From an uncultured Rivularia sp. (lineage in GTDB: Bacteria > Cyanobacteriota > Cyanobacteriia > Cyanobacteriales > Nostocaceae), in assembly GCA_963665115.1 (NCBI GenBank), contig OY762007.1, positions 3,552,001-3,616,000 on the forward strand: DNA of 64,000 bases, given 5' to 3'. The translations under genes were made by a program, and so were the position numbers. Below are positions 42,039-51,983 of the stretch, piece after piece. Each line of letters begins with the position of its first letter. Position 1 is the first letter of the stretch. Below the pieces are notes generated by a model. It ran no database searches and was not told where the DNA came from. It saw only the letters and a list, made by a program, of their open reading frames with translations.

Positions 42039-43339
42039 ATGACTAATGATTTAGCGGAGCAACTGTTGGAAGTCGCTATGAAGGCTGGTGCGACTGAAGC
42101 AGAGGTTTATCAATCGCGATCGCTTTCTAAGCCGGTGTTTTTTGAAGCAAATCGTCTTAAACAACTTGAAAGCAATCAGAGTACGGGAACTGCATTACGG
42201 TTATGGTATCAAGGTCGTCCGGGACTTACTGTAGCAAATGGGGCCCTGCGGAAGCTGGGACAATGGTTGAACGGGCTATTGCTTTGAGTCAGTTAAATCA
42301 GCCCGAAGAAGCTAAATTAACTGGGTTATCTCAACTTGTTTATCCGAATTTGGGTGAAGATGTACCACCACAAAAGTTGGTGGAGTGGGGCAAGCAAACT
42401 ATCGCTTTGATTCGCGATGTCTACCCCGATGCGATTTGTAATGGTGATTGGGAATGCGATGTTGAAACTACTCGATTGGTGAATACGAAAGGCTTGGATT
42501 CTCACTATACCGATACTACCCTTAGCTGTTATACTTCCGCAGAATGGGTACGGGGTGATGATTTTCTGAGCGTTGCTGACGGACAAACCGAAAGGGGAAA
42601 ACTCAATCCAGATACATTAGCTCAGCAAATTTTACAGCGCTTGCATTGGGCACAATCAAATGTAGAAGCACCATCAAATAAAATTCCGGTTTTGTTCACT
42701 TCTAAAGCTGCTGATATGCTTTGGGGTACTTTGCAAGCTGCACTCAACGGTAAACGGGTGTTGGAAGGATCTTCCCCTTGGGCAGAACGTATTGATAAAC
42801 CAGTGATTTCACCCGAACTTACACTTTATCAAGATCCTACCGCAGGGCCTTACAGTTGTCCCTTCGATGATGAAGGTACGCCCACCACAGATTTAGTTTT
42901 TATTGAAGACGGAATATTGCAAAATTTTTATTGCGATCGCGCTACGGGAAATCAGTTGGGAATGAATACTACGGGTAATGGTTTTCGCCCTAGTTTAAGT
43001 AGTTATCCGACTCCTGGCTTATTTAATTTTTTGATTAAACCAGGAAGTGGCAGCTTGCAAGAATTGATCGAAGGAATGAATGACGGTTTGATTGTAGACC
43101 AGATGCTCGGCGGGGGTGGAGAAATTTCTGGCGATTTTTCTATCAACATCGATTTGGGCTATCGCGTCCAAAATGGTCAAGTTACCGGACGCATCAAAGA
43201 TACTATGGTATCGGGCAATATTTATACCGCACTAAAACAGTTAATTAAACTTGGTGGTGATGCTGATTGGAATGGCTCTTGCTATACTCCGTCTTTGATA
43301 GTTGATGGATTATCTAGTACTGGGAAAAGTAGTTCGTAG
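42039..43339 (+). pseudogene. TldD/PmbA family metalloprotease, frameshifted in GGGGCCC at ~42240-42246 (probably a sequencing error)
   Basis: AEVYQSRS..PVFFEANRLKQLE, ALRLW..GRPG; then PFDDEG.PT, TTGNGFR, SGDFS, KDTMVSGN. Confidence 0.88.
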
Positions 43340-43808
43340 TAGCAGCCAAGGAGATTAAAGGGAGGGCAGGAAGTAGATTATTGGGGGTAAACATAGTTCT
43401 TAGTCGTGAAGCTGCTTTTTGAACAAAAAAATCTACAAATTATTCAAAGTTACAAATTATTAATCATTAGTCATTTACTGACTATTTCTATTTACAAAAT
43501 AAGACAATGTTAAGTAGGTTGGCGTTGAAAATTGTAATTAGGACAAGGGAATGGGGAATAGGAATAAGGGTTTTTACTCAATTTACTTTTTGTTATATAG
43601 CTGAGTTTATTTGTGCCGACTTACTTAGTTTATATTGCTATTGTGAAAATGTATAAAGAGCGTCTTTATTCATAGTTTTATTTGATAAATTTTTATTTAT
43701 TGCCCGATAATTGATGATTGTTATAACTTATTATAGATAATACTTCTTGTTTTACCGATAAATAAGAAAAAACAAGCAACAATAGCTATATAAACTTAAT
43801 AAATATAT

Positions 43809-43913
43809 AGGACTTACGCACTTAAATATTTAAAATTGCTGTAATTCGCTGTTCCCCGTTCCCTTTTTCCTGTAGCCCAAAACCTCGATTCTTGGTTTCA
43901 CTGCGTAAGTCCT
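43809..43913. mobile_element. MITE family A, intact copy with 7-bp target-site duplication
   Basis: Perfect AGGACTTACGCA / TGCGTAAGTCCT termini; AATATAT at 43802-43808 and 43914-43920. Confidence 0.88.
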
Positions 43914-43996
43914 AATATATTTCTTTGAAAATTGTGAATTAGCAATGCCCAATTCCCAATGCTCAATTCCCAATTTCTAATCTACTATTTCGCAAT

Positions 43997-46594
43997 ATGT
44001 TTCTCAATAAATACTTTCGTAATTTTTGGCAGCCTAGAAAAGGTTTAGCAATTGCAGAAGCTTGCGTTATAGGAGTAGTTGCGGCTTTATCGGCGATATT
44101 CCTGAGAGCTAGTTCGGGATGGTTAGGAACGTTTCGAGTCAGCACTTCCTACGCAATACCGGCGTTTTTAGCTTTACCTTTGATTGGTGCTAGCTTTGGT
44201 TTTGTCGCTGGTTTTTTGGTCGATAGGTTTGCACCAGAGGCTTCTGGTAGCGGTGTTCCTCAAGTAAAGGCATCTCTGGCTAATATTCCCATCAGATTAT
44301 CTTGGCGGGTAGCGGCTGTAAAATTAGTTAGCGCTGTTTTGACATTGGGTTCGGGTATGACTTTGGGAAGACAGGGACCTACCGTTCATGTCGGTGCAGC
44401 TTTAGCCGCAGGAATGAGTCGGGTATTTCCAACTTCCCCAGACCACCGAAGACAAATGATCGCTGCGGGTGCCGGTGCGGGATTGGCAGCGGCTTTCAAT
44501 GCTCCAATTACGGGTATATTATTCGTTGTAGAAGAATTACTCCAAGATTTATCGGGATTGACTTTAGGAACTGCTATTATCGCTTCATTTATTGGTGGGG
44601 TAGTTTCGCGACTGTTAGGTGGTAGAAGTTTACAACTAAATTTAGAATTAATTGAATCAAAAAGCAGTTTTATAATTACAGAACTTCCTTTTTACCTGTT
44701 TTTAGGTATTTCAGCAGGTTTGCTCGCTGCATTATTCAGAAAAGGGTTACTTTTAAGCCTTAGCTATTATCGGAAACTGGGGGTAGGTTTACCCTTAAGA
44801 TTGGCTTTAGCTGGCTTGATTTCTGGTATTGCGATCGCGATGCTACCTGAAGAATTTCGCAATAATACTGGTTTGCGACTATTTATTATTGATGGTACAC
44901 CAAGCGTTTACCGAGTTGCGCTAATATTTGTAGCTCAATTTATTCTTACATTAGTAGCATTCGGATCGGGAGCGCCGGGAGGGTTATTCGCTCCCAGTCT
45001 TATTTTAGGTTCTTGTTTAGGATACTTGGTTGGCGTTGTCGAATTTAATATTTTGGGTGAAAGTTCGCCTAATACATACGCCTTGGTGGGAATGGGAGCA
45101 TTTTTTAGTGGTGTTTCTAAAGTACCCATCACCGCAATTATGATTATTTTTGAGATCACTACAGATTTCAATCTGGTGTTACCATTAATGATTGGTTCTG
45201 TAACGTCTTATCTAGTTGCCGATAAATTGATACCGGGTTCGCTGTATGCCAAACTTTTACAACTCAACGGTATTGATATTGATACTCAAACTTCTATCGA
45301 TGGCAGAATCACTCAATTAACCGCCAATGAAGTCATGCAGCGTCGAGTAGAAACCCTGCAATCTCAAATGACTGTAGATGAAGCTATACAAGCATTTTCT
45401 CACTCTACCCAAGGCGGTTTTCCTGTATTAGAAGATAATAAGCTAGTGGGAATTGTTACCCAAAGCGATTTGATGAAAATACGGGAAGGCAAGTTATCTA
45501 GAGATGCACCTGTAAAGGAAATTATGACATTGCATCCCGTAACTATTACTACCAAATATAATTTAAGCAACGTACTGTACTTATTAGATAGACATCAAAT
45601 TAGCCGCCTACCAGTTTTAGAAGGGCGTAGAGTCGTAGGAATGATTAGTCGGGGAGATATTATTCGAGCCGAAGCCAACTATCTTAATTGCAAAAGCTTT
45701 CCAAACCAGCCGAAAATCAAACCTTCCTACACCGTATATCAAACTCAGTCACCGAGTGTTGGGCGAGGAAGATTATTAGTTTTAGTAGCCAATCCCGAAA
45801 CCGCAGACACGCTGTTGCAGATGGCAGCACTAATCGCGAAATACAACCGCTACGAAATTGAATGTTTGCAGGTAATTACCATTTCTCGTCATAATAATCC
45901 AGTAGAAACTCCCGTGAAAACTTCACCAAGTCGGCAGCTGCTGTTATCTGCGGAAATTATGGGTAAAAAATGGAAAATCCCGGTGCATACGCAAATTAAA
46001 GTTGCTCATGAGGTCGCAAGTGCAACATTAGATGTAATCAAAGAGCGGCATATAGATACAGTTTTAATGGGGTGGAAAGGTAGTACAAATACTCCCGGCC
46101 GCATTTTTGGTCATGCTGTAGATACTATAATTCGTCAAGCTACCTGTGAGTTGCTGCTGGTAAGGCTGGGAAATTCTCCTAACCCCGTCAATTTTCACCG
46201 TTGTTTAGTCCCAATGGCTGGTGGCCCCAACTCAAAAATTGCCCTGAAATTACTACCACCTTTAGTTACTTTTAACAAAAAATTAGAAATTCGTCTGACA
46301 CAAGTTTTTTCTCCATCGAAAAGCCAAACGGATACCAAAGGATTGGAAGCAGCCAAGCGTCTGCTTGTTAATCGATACAAGCTATCTAATAAAGTAGAAG
46401 CGATTCCAATTGAAGCTGCTTCCGTATCTGAAGGAGTGATTAATTTAGTCAAAAGCGAAGGTTTCGATCTAGTCGTTCTGGGTGCTTCTCGTGAAGGAAT
46501 GTTACAGCAAGCTATTAACGGCAATATTCCAGAAGCAATTGCATCCGGCGTTGATTGTACTGTGATTTTAGTTCGGGGGATGAGTAGTGAGTAG
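43997..46594 (+). CDS. ClC chloride channel/transporter with CBS pair and two USP-like domains
   Basis: GSGVP, GRQGP, AAAFNAP, GLFAP, CBS repeats, C-terminal USP-type segments (LMGWKG, VLGASREG). Confidence 0.93.
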   Translation: MFLNKYFRNFWQPRKGLAIAEACVIGVVAALSAIFLRASSGWLGTFRVSTSYAIPAFLALPLIGASFGFVAGFLVDRFAPEASGSGVPQVKASLANIPIRLSWRVAAVKLVSAVLTLGSGMTLGRQGPTVHVGAALAAGMSRVFPTSPDHRRQMIAAGAGAGLAAAFNAPITGILFVVEELLQDLSGLTLGTAIIASFIGGVVSRLLGGRSLQLNLELIESKSSFIITELPFYLFLGISAGLLAALFRKGLLLSLSYYRKLGVGLPLRLALAGLISGIAIAMLPEEFRNNTGLRLFIIDGTPSVYRVALIFVAQFILTLVAFGSGAPGGLFAPSLILGSCLGYLVGVVEFNILGESSPNTYALVGMGAFFSGVSKVPITAIMIIFEITTDFNLVLPLMIGSVTSYLVADKLIPGSLYAKLLQLNGIDIDTQTSIDGRITQLTANEVMQRRVETLQSQMTVDEAIQAFSHSTQGGFPVLEDNKLVGIVTQSDLMKIREGKLSRDAPVKEIMTLHPVTITTKYNLSNVLYLLDRHQISRLPVLEGRRVVGMISRGDIIRAEANYLNCKSFPNQPKIKPSYTVYQTQSPSVGRGRLLVLVANPETADTLLQMAALIAKYNRYEIECLQVITISRHNNPVETPVKTSPSRQLLLSAEIMGKKWKIPVHTQIKVAHEVASATLDVIKERHIDTVLMGWKGSTNTPGRIFGHAVDTIIRQATCELLLVRLGNSPNPVNFHRCLVPMAGGPNSKIALKLLPPLVTFNKKLEIRLTQVFSPSKSQTDTKGLEAAKRLLVNRYKLSNKVEAIPIEAASVSEGVINLVKSEGFDLVVLGASREGMLQQAINGNIPEAIASGVDCTVILVRGMSSE

Positions 46595-46827
46595 GGAACA
46601 GCAATCAGTTAGCAATTATCAATTTAAGAGTTTGCCCTCTAGTTGCCTATGTGACAGAGCTTTCGGATTTCGAGATGATATTCTGATAGGAAATTATTTA
46701 AAATAAGTATTAAAACTTGCATTTGTGCATAAGTTAAAATTGGAATTCACTATTCTAATATGGTAGCTAAATAATACTGCTATTCTGGAAACATTAAGCA
46801 GATTTAAACCTGTTGTCGCGAATCCGC

Positions 46828-47802
46828 ATGAACAAACGTGAAGAATTGCAAAAACTCGTCGATTTTCTAGAGGAGAAGATATTGCACTTACGGATGGCTA
46901 AGGTTACTGAAACCGATGCTTTAGCTATATTTAAAGCGGAAAAGCAGATTGAGGAAGCAGAAGCGGAACGGGATAGCATTAAACAAGAGATTGAAAATCA
47001 AAACACTTCAGCGAATAGTCGCAATTTATACAATGCTTTATTAAAACTTGGCTATCGCGAACAAGTACTGTTGTTCATAAAATTTCTCAAAAAACAATCC
47101 ATAGCAACATTTCTGCTCCACGGCTCACCAGATTATGGACAGCGTTGGTTACTGAATCGATTAATTACTCAACATATTCACCATGGTGCTACGGGTAAGT
47201 TGGTGCGAGTTCAACTCAACCGCATCGCACGCAGAAGCGATATTACTGCTTTATGGCGAGAATTAGGAGGTAGAGTGGGTTCAATTGGAACAAAACCTAC
47301 ACCCTCAGAGGTTGTTGAGCAAGTTTATAGGTGGTGGCAAACTCAAAATGTGATTTTGGTGTTTCACGATGTCGATTGTATGCCGCAGGAGTATTTACAG
47401 GAATTAATTCAGGAGTTTTGGCTACCATTGGCAAATCAAGCACGAAAGGTTGTTTCTGAATACCAGCTACTGATGTTTTTGGTAGATTATGAAGGTTTTA
47501 TTGGTACCCAGAACACCTTGTTTGTGGAAAAATTAGAACCTACTTGGGAACCGAAAATTCCGATTAAATTACCATCGATTACTCAATTTTGCGATCGCAC
47601 TTTAAATGAGTGGATTGAGACGGTAGAAATTGAATTTGATACCTTGCCTCTTATAGAAGCGATCAATAATACTGAAGATCAATTAGTCAAGGAAATATTA
47701 GACAATAGTGAAAATGGTGTTCCAGAACTAGCAATGTTAGAAATTTGTCACCTATGTGGCTGTAATTGGTATGAAGAGAAAGACAGATGGCTCAAACACT
47801 GA
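46828..47802 (+). CDS. Effector-associated-domain (EAD) + inactive STAND NTPase (iSTAND) component of a ternary conflict system
   Basis: N-terminal helical adaptor; degenerate P-loop LLHGSPDYGQRWLLNRL, VILVFHDV, LLMFLVD; overlaps the moxR start. Confidence 0.8.
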   Translation: MNKREELQKLVDFLEEKILHLRMAKVTETDALAIFKAEKQIEEAEAERDSIKQEIENQNTSANSRNLYNALLKLGYREQVLLFIKFLKKQSIATFLLHGSPDYGQRWLLNRLITQHIHHGATGKLVRVQLNRIARRSDITALWRELGGRVGSIGTKPTPSEVVEQVYRWWQTQNVILVFHDVDCMPQEYLQELIQEFWLPLANQARKVVSEYQLLMFLVDYEGFIGTQNTLFVEKLEPTWEPKIPIKLPSITQFCDRTLNEWIETVEIEFDTLPLIEAINNTEDQLVKEILDNSENGVPELAMLEICHLCGCNWYEEKDRWLKH

Positions 47803-48713
47803 GTAACAATCAACTTGAATATACAGGCAAAGTGCAGCCCCAGTGGGGTGAACGAGATGGCAACGGACAATTATTATATCCTTATTTACCTTATGAGGAA
47901 CTCGTAGAAGCTGTAAACTTGGCTATCTATTTAGAAAGACCACTTTTACTCAAAGGGGAACCCGGATGTGGTAAAACTCGTTTGGCTACTGCTGTGGCTT
48001 ATGAATTGGGTTTACCACTTGAGGCTTGGTATATCAAATCTACCACTCAAGCAAAAGATGGTTTGTATAACTATGATGCGGTGACTCGCTTGCGAGATGC
48101 CCAACTTGCTGCCGCAGGTAGAATAATTAAAGATGAGGATATTCCCCGGATTAGCGATTCCGCTACATACGTGAAATGGGGGCCATTAGGACGTGCTTTT
48201 CAGAACAGCCAGCGCACGGTGGTATTGATTGATGAAATTGATAAGGCTGACATTGACTTTCCGAATGATTTGTTATTGGAACTCGATCAACAAAAGTTTA
48301 TTGTTGATGAAACAGGAGAAGAAATTACAGCTAAGGCAGCACCAATAGTTTTTATTACCAGTAACGATGAAAAAGATTTACCAGATGCTTTTTTAAGAAG
48401 GTGTTTGTTTCACTACGTAGAATTTCCCACTCCCGAACGGTTAATAGAAATTATTAATTCTCATTTTCCCAATTCTCAGCAGCAGTTAGTAGCTAAAGCC
48501 GTAATTCGGTTTTTGAAGTTGCGGGATGAAATGGGGAAAGATAAGGGGGAAGCGGGGAAGAAGGTTAGTACCAGTGAATTAATTGATTGGTTTCGGGTTT
48601 TAAAACGGTATCCAGAAGACGAGGTTTTGAAGAAACTTGAAGGGAAATTACCTTATGCTGGGGTGTTGTTGAAGAGTTGGCAAGACCATGTACGGTATTT
48701 GAGGAAATCTTAA
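47787..48713 (+). CDS. MoxR family AAA+ ATPase
   Basis: Walker A GEPGCGKT, YDAVTRLRDAQ, Walker B VLIDEIDKADIDFPNDLL, ITSNDEKDLPDAFLRRC. Confidence 0.95.
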   Translation: MAQTLSNNQLEYTGKVQPQWGERDGNGQLLYPYLPYEELVEAVNLAIYLERPLLLKGEPGCGKTRLATAVAYELGLPLEAWYIKSTTQAKDGLYNYDAVTRLRDAQLAAAGRIIKDEDIPRISDSATYVKWGPLGRAFQNSQRTVVLIDEIDKADIDFPNDLLLELDQQKFIVDETGEEITAKAAPIVFITSNDEKDLPDAFLRRCLFHYVEFPTPERLIEIINSHFPNSQQQLVAKAVIRFLKLRDEMGKDKGEAGKKVSTSELIDWFRVLKRYPEDEVLKKLEGKLPYAGVLLKSWQDHVRYLRKS

Positions 48714-48727
48714 ATGATGCCTTGTTC

Positions 48728-48799
48728 GTCATTGCGAGTAGAACGAAGTGAAACGAAGCAATCCCAGCCCTTGCGATTGCTTCGCACAGCGAACAATGA
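48728..48799. repeat. REP-like palindrome between moxR and vWA
   Basis: GTCATTGCGAG...CAATGA outer arms; perfect stem CGAAGCAATC (48754-48763) / GATTGCTTCG (48775-48784). Confidence 0.75.
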
Positions 48800-48874
48800 A
48801 ATATACATATTGTGTGTAATTTACCAGATGCCATATGAGTGGCTGTGGAAATTGGTGGAGGAAGTGTAAGAGTT

Positions 48875-50230
48875 ATGAACACAAACGAACTGCCCCTCCA
48901 AGAACTCTTCACCAAATTAAGGGAAGCAGGTTTACCGCTCGGGATTGATGAGTATCAGTTAGTTTTGCGATCTTTGCAAGCAGGGTTTGGTGTTGCTGAC
49001 AAAGCTGCTTTGAAACGTTTGTGTCAAACTTTATGGGCTAAATCTGCTGAGGAAAAGTCTATCTTGGATTATCACTTTGAACAAGTGATGGTTAACGATG
49101 CAGCTGGGGTTGCATCAGAAACAGATAATCAAACTATTAATAAATTTCGTATTGTTCCTCTGGTAATTTTGGGAATATTAGCAGGTGGAATTATTTTTGG
49201 TGTTAGAGTCAGCCACAAACCACGAACTACACAAACAATCTCAACACCAACCCCAATAGCAACGGCAACTCCGGAACCACAACCACCCCAACAACCAGCA
49301 ACCGAGCCAGATCTAGCGAACACACAGCCAGAACAACCAACTCAGCCGGTAGAACCTATTCCTCGCACAATGCAGCCAAATTTTGCGATTTGGATGATTC
49401 TATTCCTTACAGCTACAACTTGTGAATATTTAGTTTATCGCTGGATAACTCATTGGTTGTCTAAACGCAAGCCTAAACCAAATTCTTCTGCTTCTGCTCC
49501 ACCAGAAACCAGTAAAGATGAGGTACAAGTAGTAAAATCAGTATTGCAAGGTAGCAGTAAACATTGGAGTAGTGAATTCTTTCCTGTTACCCAACGGCAA
49601 ATGAAACAGATGTGGCGTTATTTACGCCGTCCTGTACGTGAGGGGAAAGCTACGGAGTTGGATGTGGAGGCAACGGTTAACCACATTGGACATGAGGGTA
49701 TGTTGCTCGAACCTGTGTTGATTCCACCCAGGGTAAACCGGGCAGAATTACTGTTACTAATTGACCAAGACGGTTCTATGGTACCTTTCCATGCTTTATC
49801 ACAAAGATTAGCAGAAACTGCCTTACGAGGAGGTCGTTTGGGCAGAACTGGTATTTATTACTTTCACAATTGCCCTGTTGAATATCTGTACCGCGATTCC
49901 TATCATCAGCAAGGGGAATTAGTCAGCTATATTCTTAATCATGTTTGCTCTGGACGCACGGCTGTGTTAATTTTTAGCGATGCTGGTGCTGCTCGCGGTG
50001 ACAATAGCCAGGAGCGTTACCAATTAACTCAAGAATTTCTTACCAATTTAAAACAACGGGTACGTTACATTGCTTGGCTCAATCCCCTGCCAAAAAACCG
50101 TTGGTTTGGCACTACAGCAGGTGAAATATCTAGCCTTGTCCCGATGTTTGAAGTCAGTCGAACGGGTTTGCAGGATGCTATTAGTATACTCAGCGGACGC
50201 TCTACAAATTTTGAGGGGCACAGGAAATGA
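48875..50230 (+). CDS. vWA-domain protein of a MoxR ternary system, with a two-TM / Pro-Gln-Thr insert
   Basis: LFTKLREAGLPLGIDEY N-terminus, ELDVEATV, MIDAS-like LIDQDGSM, IFSDAGAARG, WLNP. Confidence 0.88.
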   Translation: MNTNELPLQELFTKLREAGLPLGIDEYQLVLRSLQAGFGVADKAALKRLCQTLWAKSAEEKSILDYHFEQVMVNDAAGVASETDNQTINKFRIVPLVILGILAGGIIFGVRVSHKPRTTQTISTPTPIATATPEPQPPQQPATEPDLANTQPEQPTQPVEPIPRTMQPNFAIWMILFLTATTCEYLVYRWITHWLSKRKPKPNSSASAPPETSKDEVQVVKSVLQGSSKHWSSEFFPVTQRQMKQMWRYLRRPVREGKATELDVEATVNHIGHEGMLLEPVLIPPRVNRAELLLLIDQDGSMVPFHALSQRLAETALRGGRLGRTGIYYFHNCPVEYLYRDSYHQQGELVSYILNHVCSGRTAVLIFSDAGAARGDNSQERYQLTQEFLTNLKQRVRYIAWLNPLPKNRWFGTTAGEISSLVPMFEVSRTGLQDAISILSGRSTNFEGHRK

Positions 50231-51930
50231 GCAGAATCAAACCCGAAGTTGCCCAACGACGCATCAAATCTTTTACCAAGCGCTTTGGAGAAGCACATCT
50301 GTATTTGGCTTATCATGCTGCTTTTCCTTTAGCACTAACACCGGATTTGTTATATGGTTTGTGGATTAATTCCCAAAAAGATATCCACGGAGAAGTTTTG
50401 GATATTCCTTGGATAGCTGTAGCGGATTTGTTACTTTCTGGTTTGTGCGATGAAGTGGGACATGAACTTTATGAGATGGATTTAGCTGTACGAAATCAAT
50501 TGCTAAAGCAATTACACTCAGATGCACGCTTCGGCAAACAGCGAATCGATCAACTTTCAGATTTCTTGCTCAAATATGTCCACCATCAGCTTCAGAGTCA
50601 CGATCCAGATATTCGAGATTTTGCCAAAACTCAGCAGTGGATAGCTTTAGCATATACCCAACCCAGTCAAGCCGCTCGCGAACTAGCATTGGCATTCTCG
50701 CAATTAGATGAGCAGGATAAAGCGGAATTGCTGCGAATGGCTTCATTAACAGAAACATTTGCCGAACCATTGAGTGATTTTCAACCGCTATTAATTTACG
50801 CTCGCGGTATGGGTAAGTTTGCTCGCGGTGATTTGTCAGCGGCAAAAGCTGAGATTAGACAAGCTCTCAAAAAAAGCAACAACATACAGATTGCCGATAT
50901 CAATTTACCTATCCCCGAACCAATAAAGCCCCCCTTTTTAAGGGGGATATCTCGCAGACAACTTCTCAAATGGACTGGCTTTGGAGGAGTCGGTTTGGTG
51001 ACAGCATTAGTCACCCGCGAATTATCTCAAACTTTACAATTACAAACCTTTGATTTTGTAACCGTTACCGTAAATGCCCAAGGAAATATCATCAACCGTC
51101 GCAACGGTGAAGCGAAATATTTTGTGGAAGACTTAGGGAACAATCTACCTTTGGAAATGGTACGGATTCCGGGGGGAACTTTCAAAATGGGTTCCCCAGC
51201 AGATGAAGCCCAGAGAGTTGACAGTGAAAGCCCGCAGCATCAAGTTACGGTTCCAGAGTTTTTTATGGGAAAGTATGCAGTTACTCAAGCTCAGTATCAA
51301 GCAATTATGGGTGAAAATCCTTCAAGATTCAAAGGCGAAAATCGACCTGTGGAAACAGTATCTTGGAATCAAGCAGTGGAATTTTGCAAAAAGCTGAGCG
51401 AACAAACCGGACGTATTTATCGTTTACCCAGCGAAGCTGAATGGGAATATGCCTGTCGGGCTGGGACTACTACACCTTTCCATTTTGGTGAGACTATTAC
51501 GACTGAGTTAGTTAATTACAACGGGAATTATACATATGCTTCTGCACCAAAAGGTGAATATCGCCAACAAACAACAGATGTCGAAAGTTTTTTTCCTAAT
51601 TTGTTTGGTTTATATCAAATGCATGGTAATATATTGGAGTGGTGTTTAGACACCTGGCATGACAACTATCAAGATGCGCCCTCAGATGGCAGTGCTTGGA
51701 TCGGTAGCAATAAAGAGAACCGTTCTTTAAATTGGAAAGAACTTGAGCGGTTATATATTAATTTAGATAATAATGGTAATTTTCCGATGCTGCGCGGTGG
51801 TTCTTGGTTCTACGGTCCGAGGGGTTGCCGGTCGGCGTTTCGTTTAGGGGACGAGCCGGTCAACCGCGACGGCGACTCCGGGTTTCGGGTTGTGGTTTCG
51901 GGTGCGAGGACTCTTTTCTCTTCACTTTAG
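50227..51930 (+). CDS. Split-vWA partner domain + TM + FGE-sulfatase (FGS/CLec-fold) domain; candidate DGR target
   Basis: YHAAFPLALTPDLLY N-terminus; MVRIPGGTFKMGS, VTQAQY, RLPSEAEWEYACRAG, GLYQMHGN..EW, LRGGSW, GFRVV; ATGA overlap with the vWA gene. Confidence 0.9.
   Translation: MSRIKPEVAQRRIKSFTKRFGEAHLYLAYHAAFPLALTPDLLYGLWINSQKDIHGEVLDIPWIAVADLLLSGLCDEVGHELYEMDLAVRNQLLKQLHSDARFGKQRIDQLSDFLLKYVHHQLQSHDPDIRDFAKTQQWIALAYTQPSQAARELALAFSQLDEQDKAELLRMASLTETFAEPLSDFQPLLIYARGMGKFARGDLSAAKAEIRQALKKSNNIQIADINLPIPEPIKPPFLRGISRRQLLKWTGFGGVGLVTALVTRELSQTLQLQTFDFVTVTVNAQGNIINRRNGEAKYFVEDLGNNLPLEMVRIPGGTFKMGSPADEAQRVDSESPQHQVTVPEFFMGKYAVTQAQYQAIMGENPSRFKGENRPVETVSWNQAVEFCKKLSEQTGRIYRLPSEAEWEYACRAGTTTPFHFGETITTELVNYNGNYTYASAPKGEYRQQTTDVESFFPNLFGLYQMHGNILEWCLDTWHDNYQDAPSDGSAWIGSNKENRSLNWKELERLYINLDNNGNFPMLRGGSWFYGPRGCRSAFRLGDEPVNRDGDSGFRVVVSGARTLFSSL
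51787..51915 (+). other. Putative DGR variable region (VR)
   Basis: 78/120 G+C and 11/120 A over 51791-51910 (hand count), versus 14/60 G+C in 51721-51780; A-free scaffold codons with NNC/NNT codons at variable positions. Confidence 0.72.
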
Positions 51931-51970
51931 CCCTTTTGCACTTTTCACTCTTTTTTCTTTATCCTAATCC

Positions 51971-51983
51971 CCGCCGAAGGCGG
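51971..51983 (+). promoter_or_regulatory. CCGCC-GAA-GGCGG hairpin (DGR cis-acting stem-loop and/or terminator)
   Basis: Perfect 5-bp GC stem with GAA triloop ~40 nt after the stop codon, followed by a T-tract. Confidence 0.6.
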
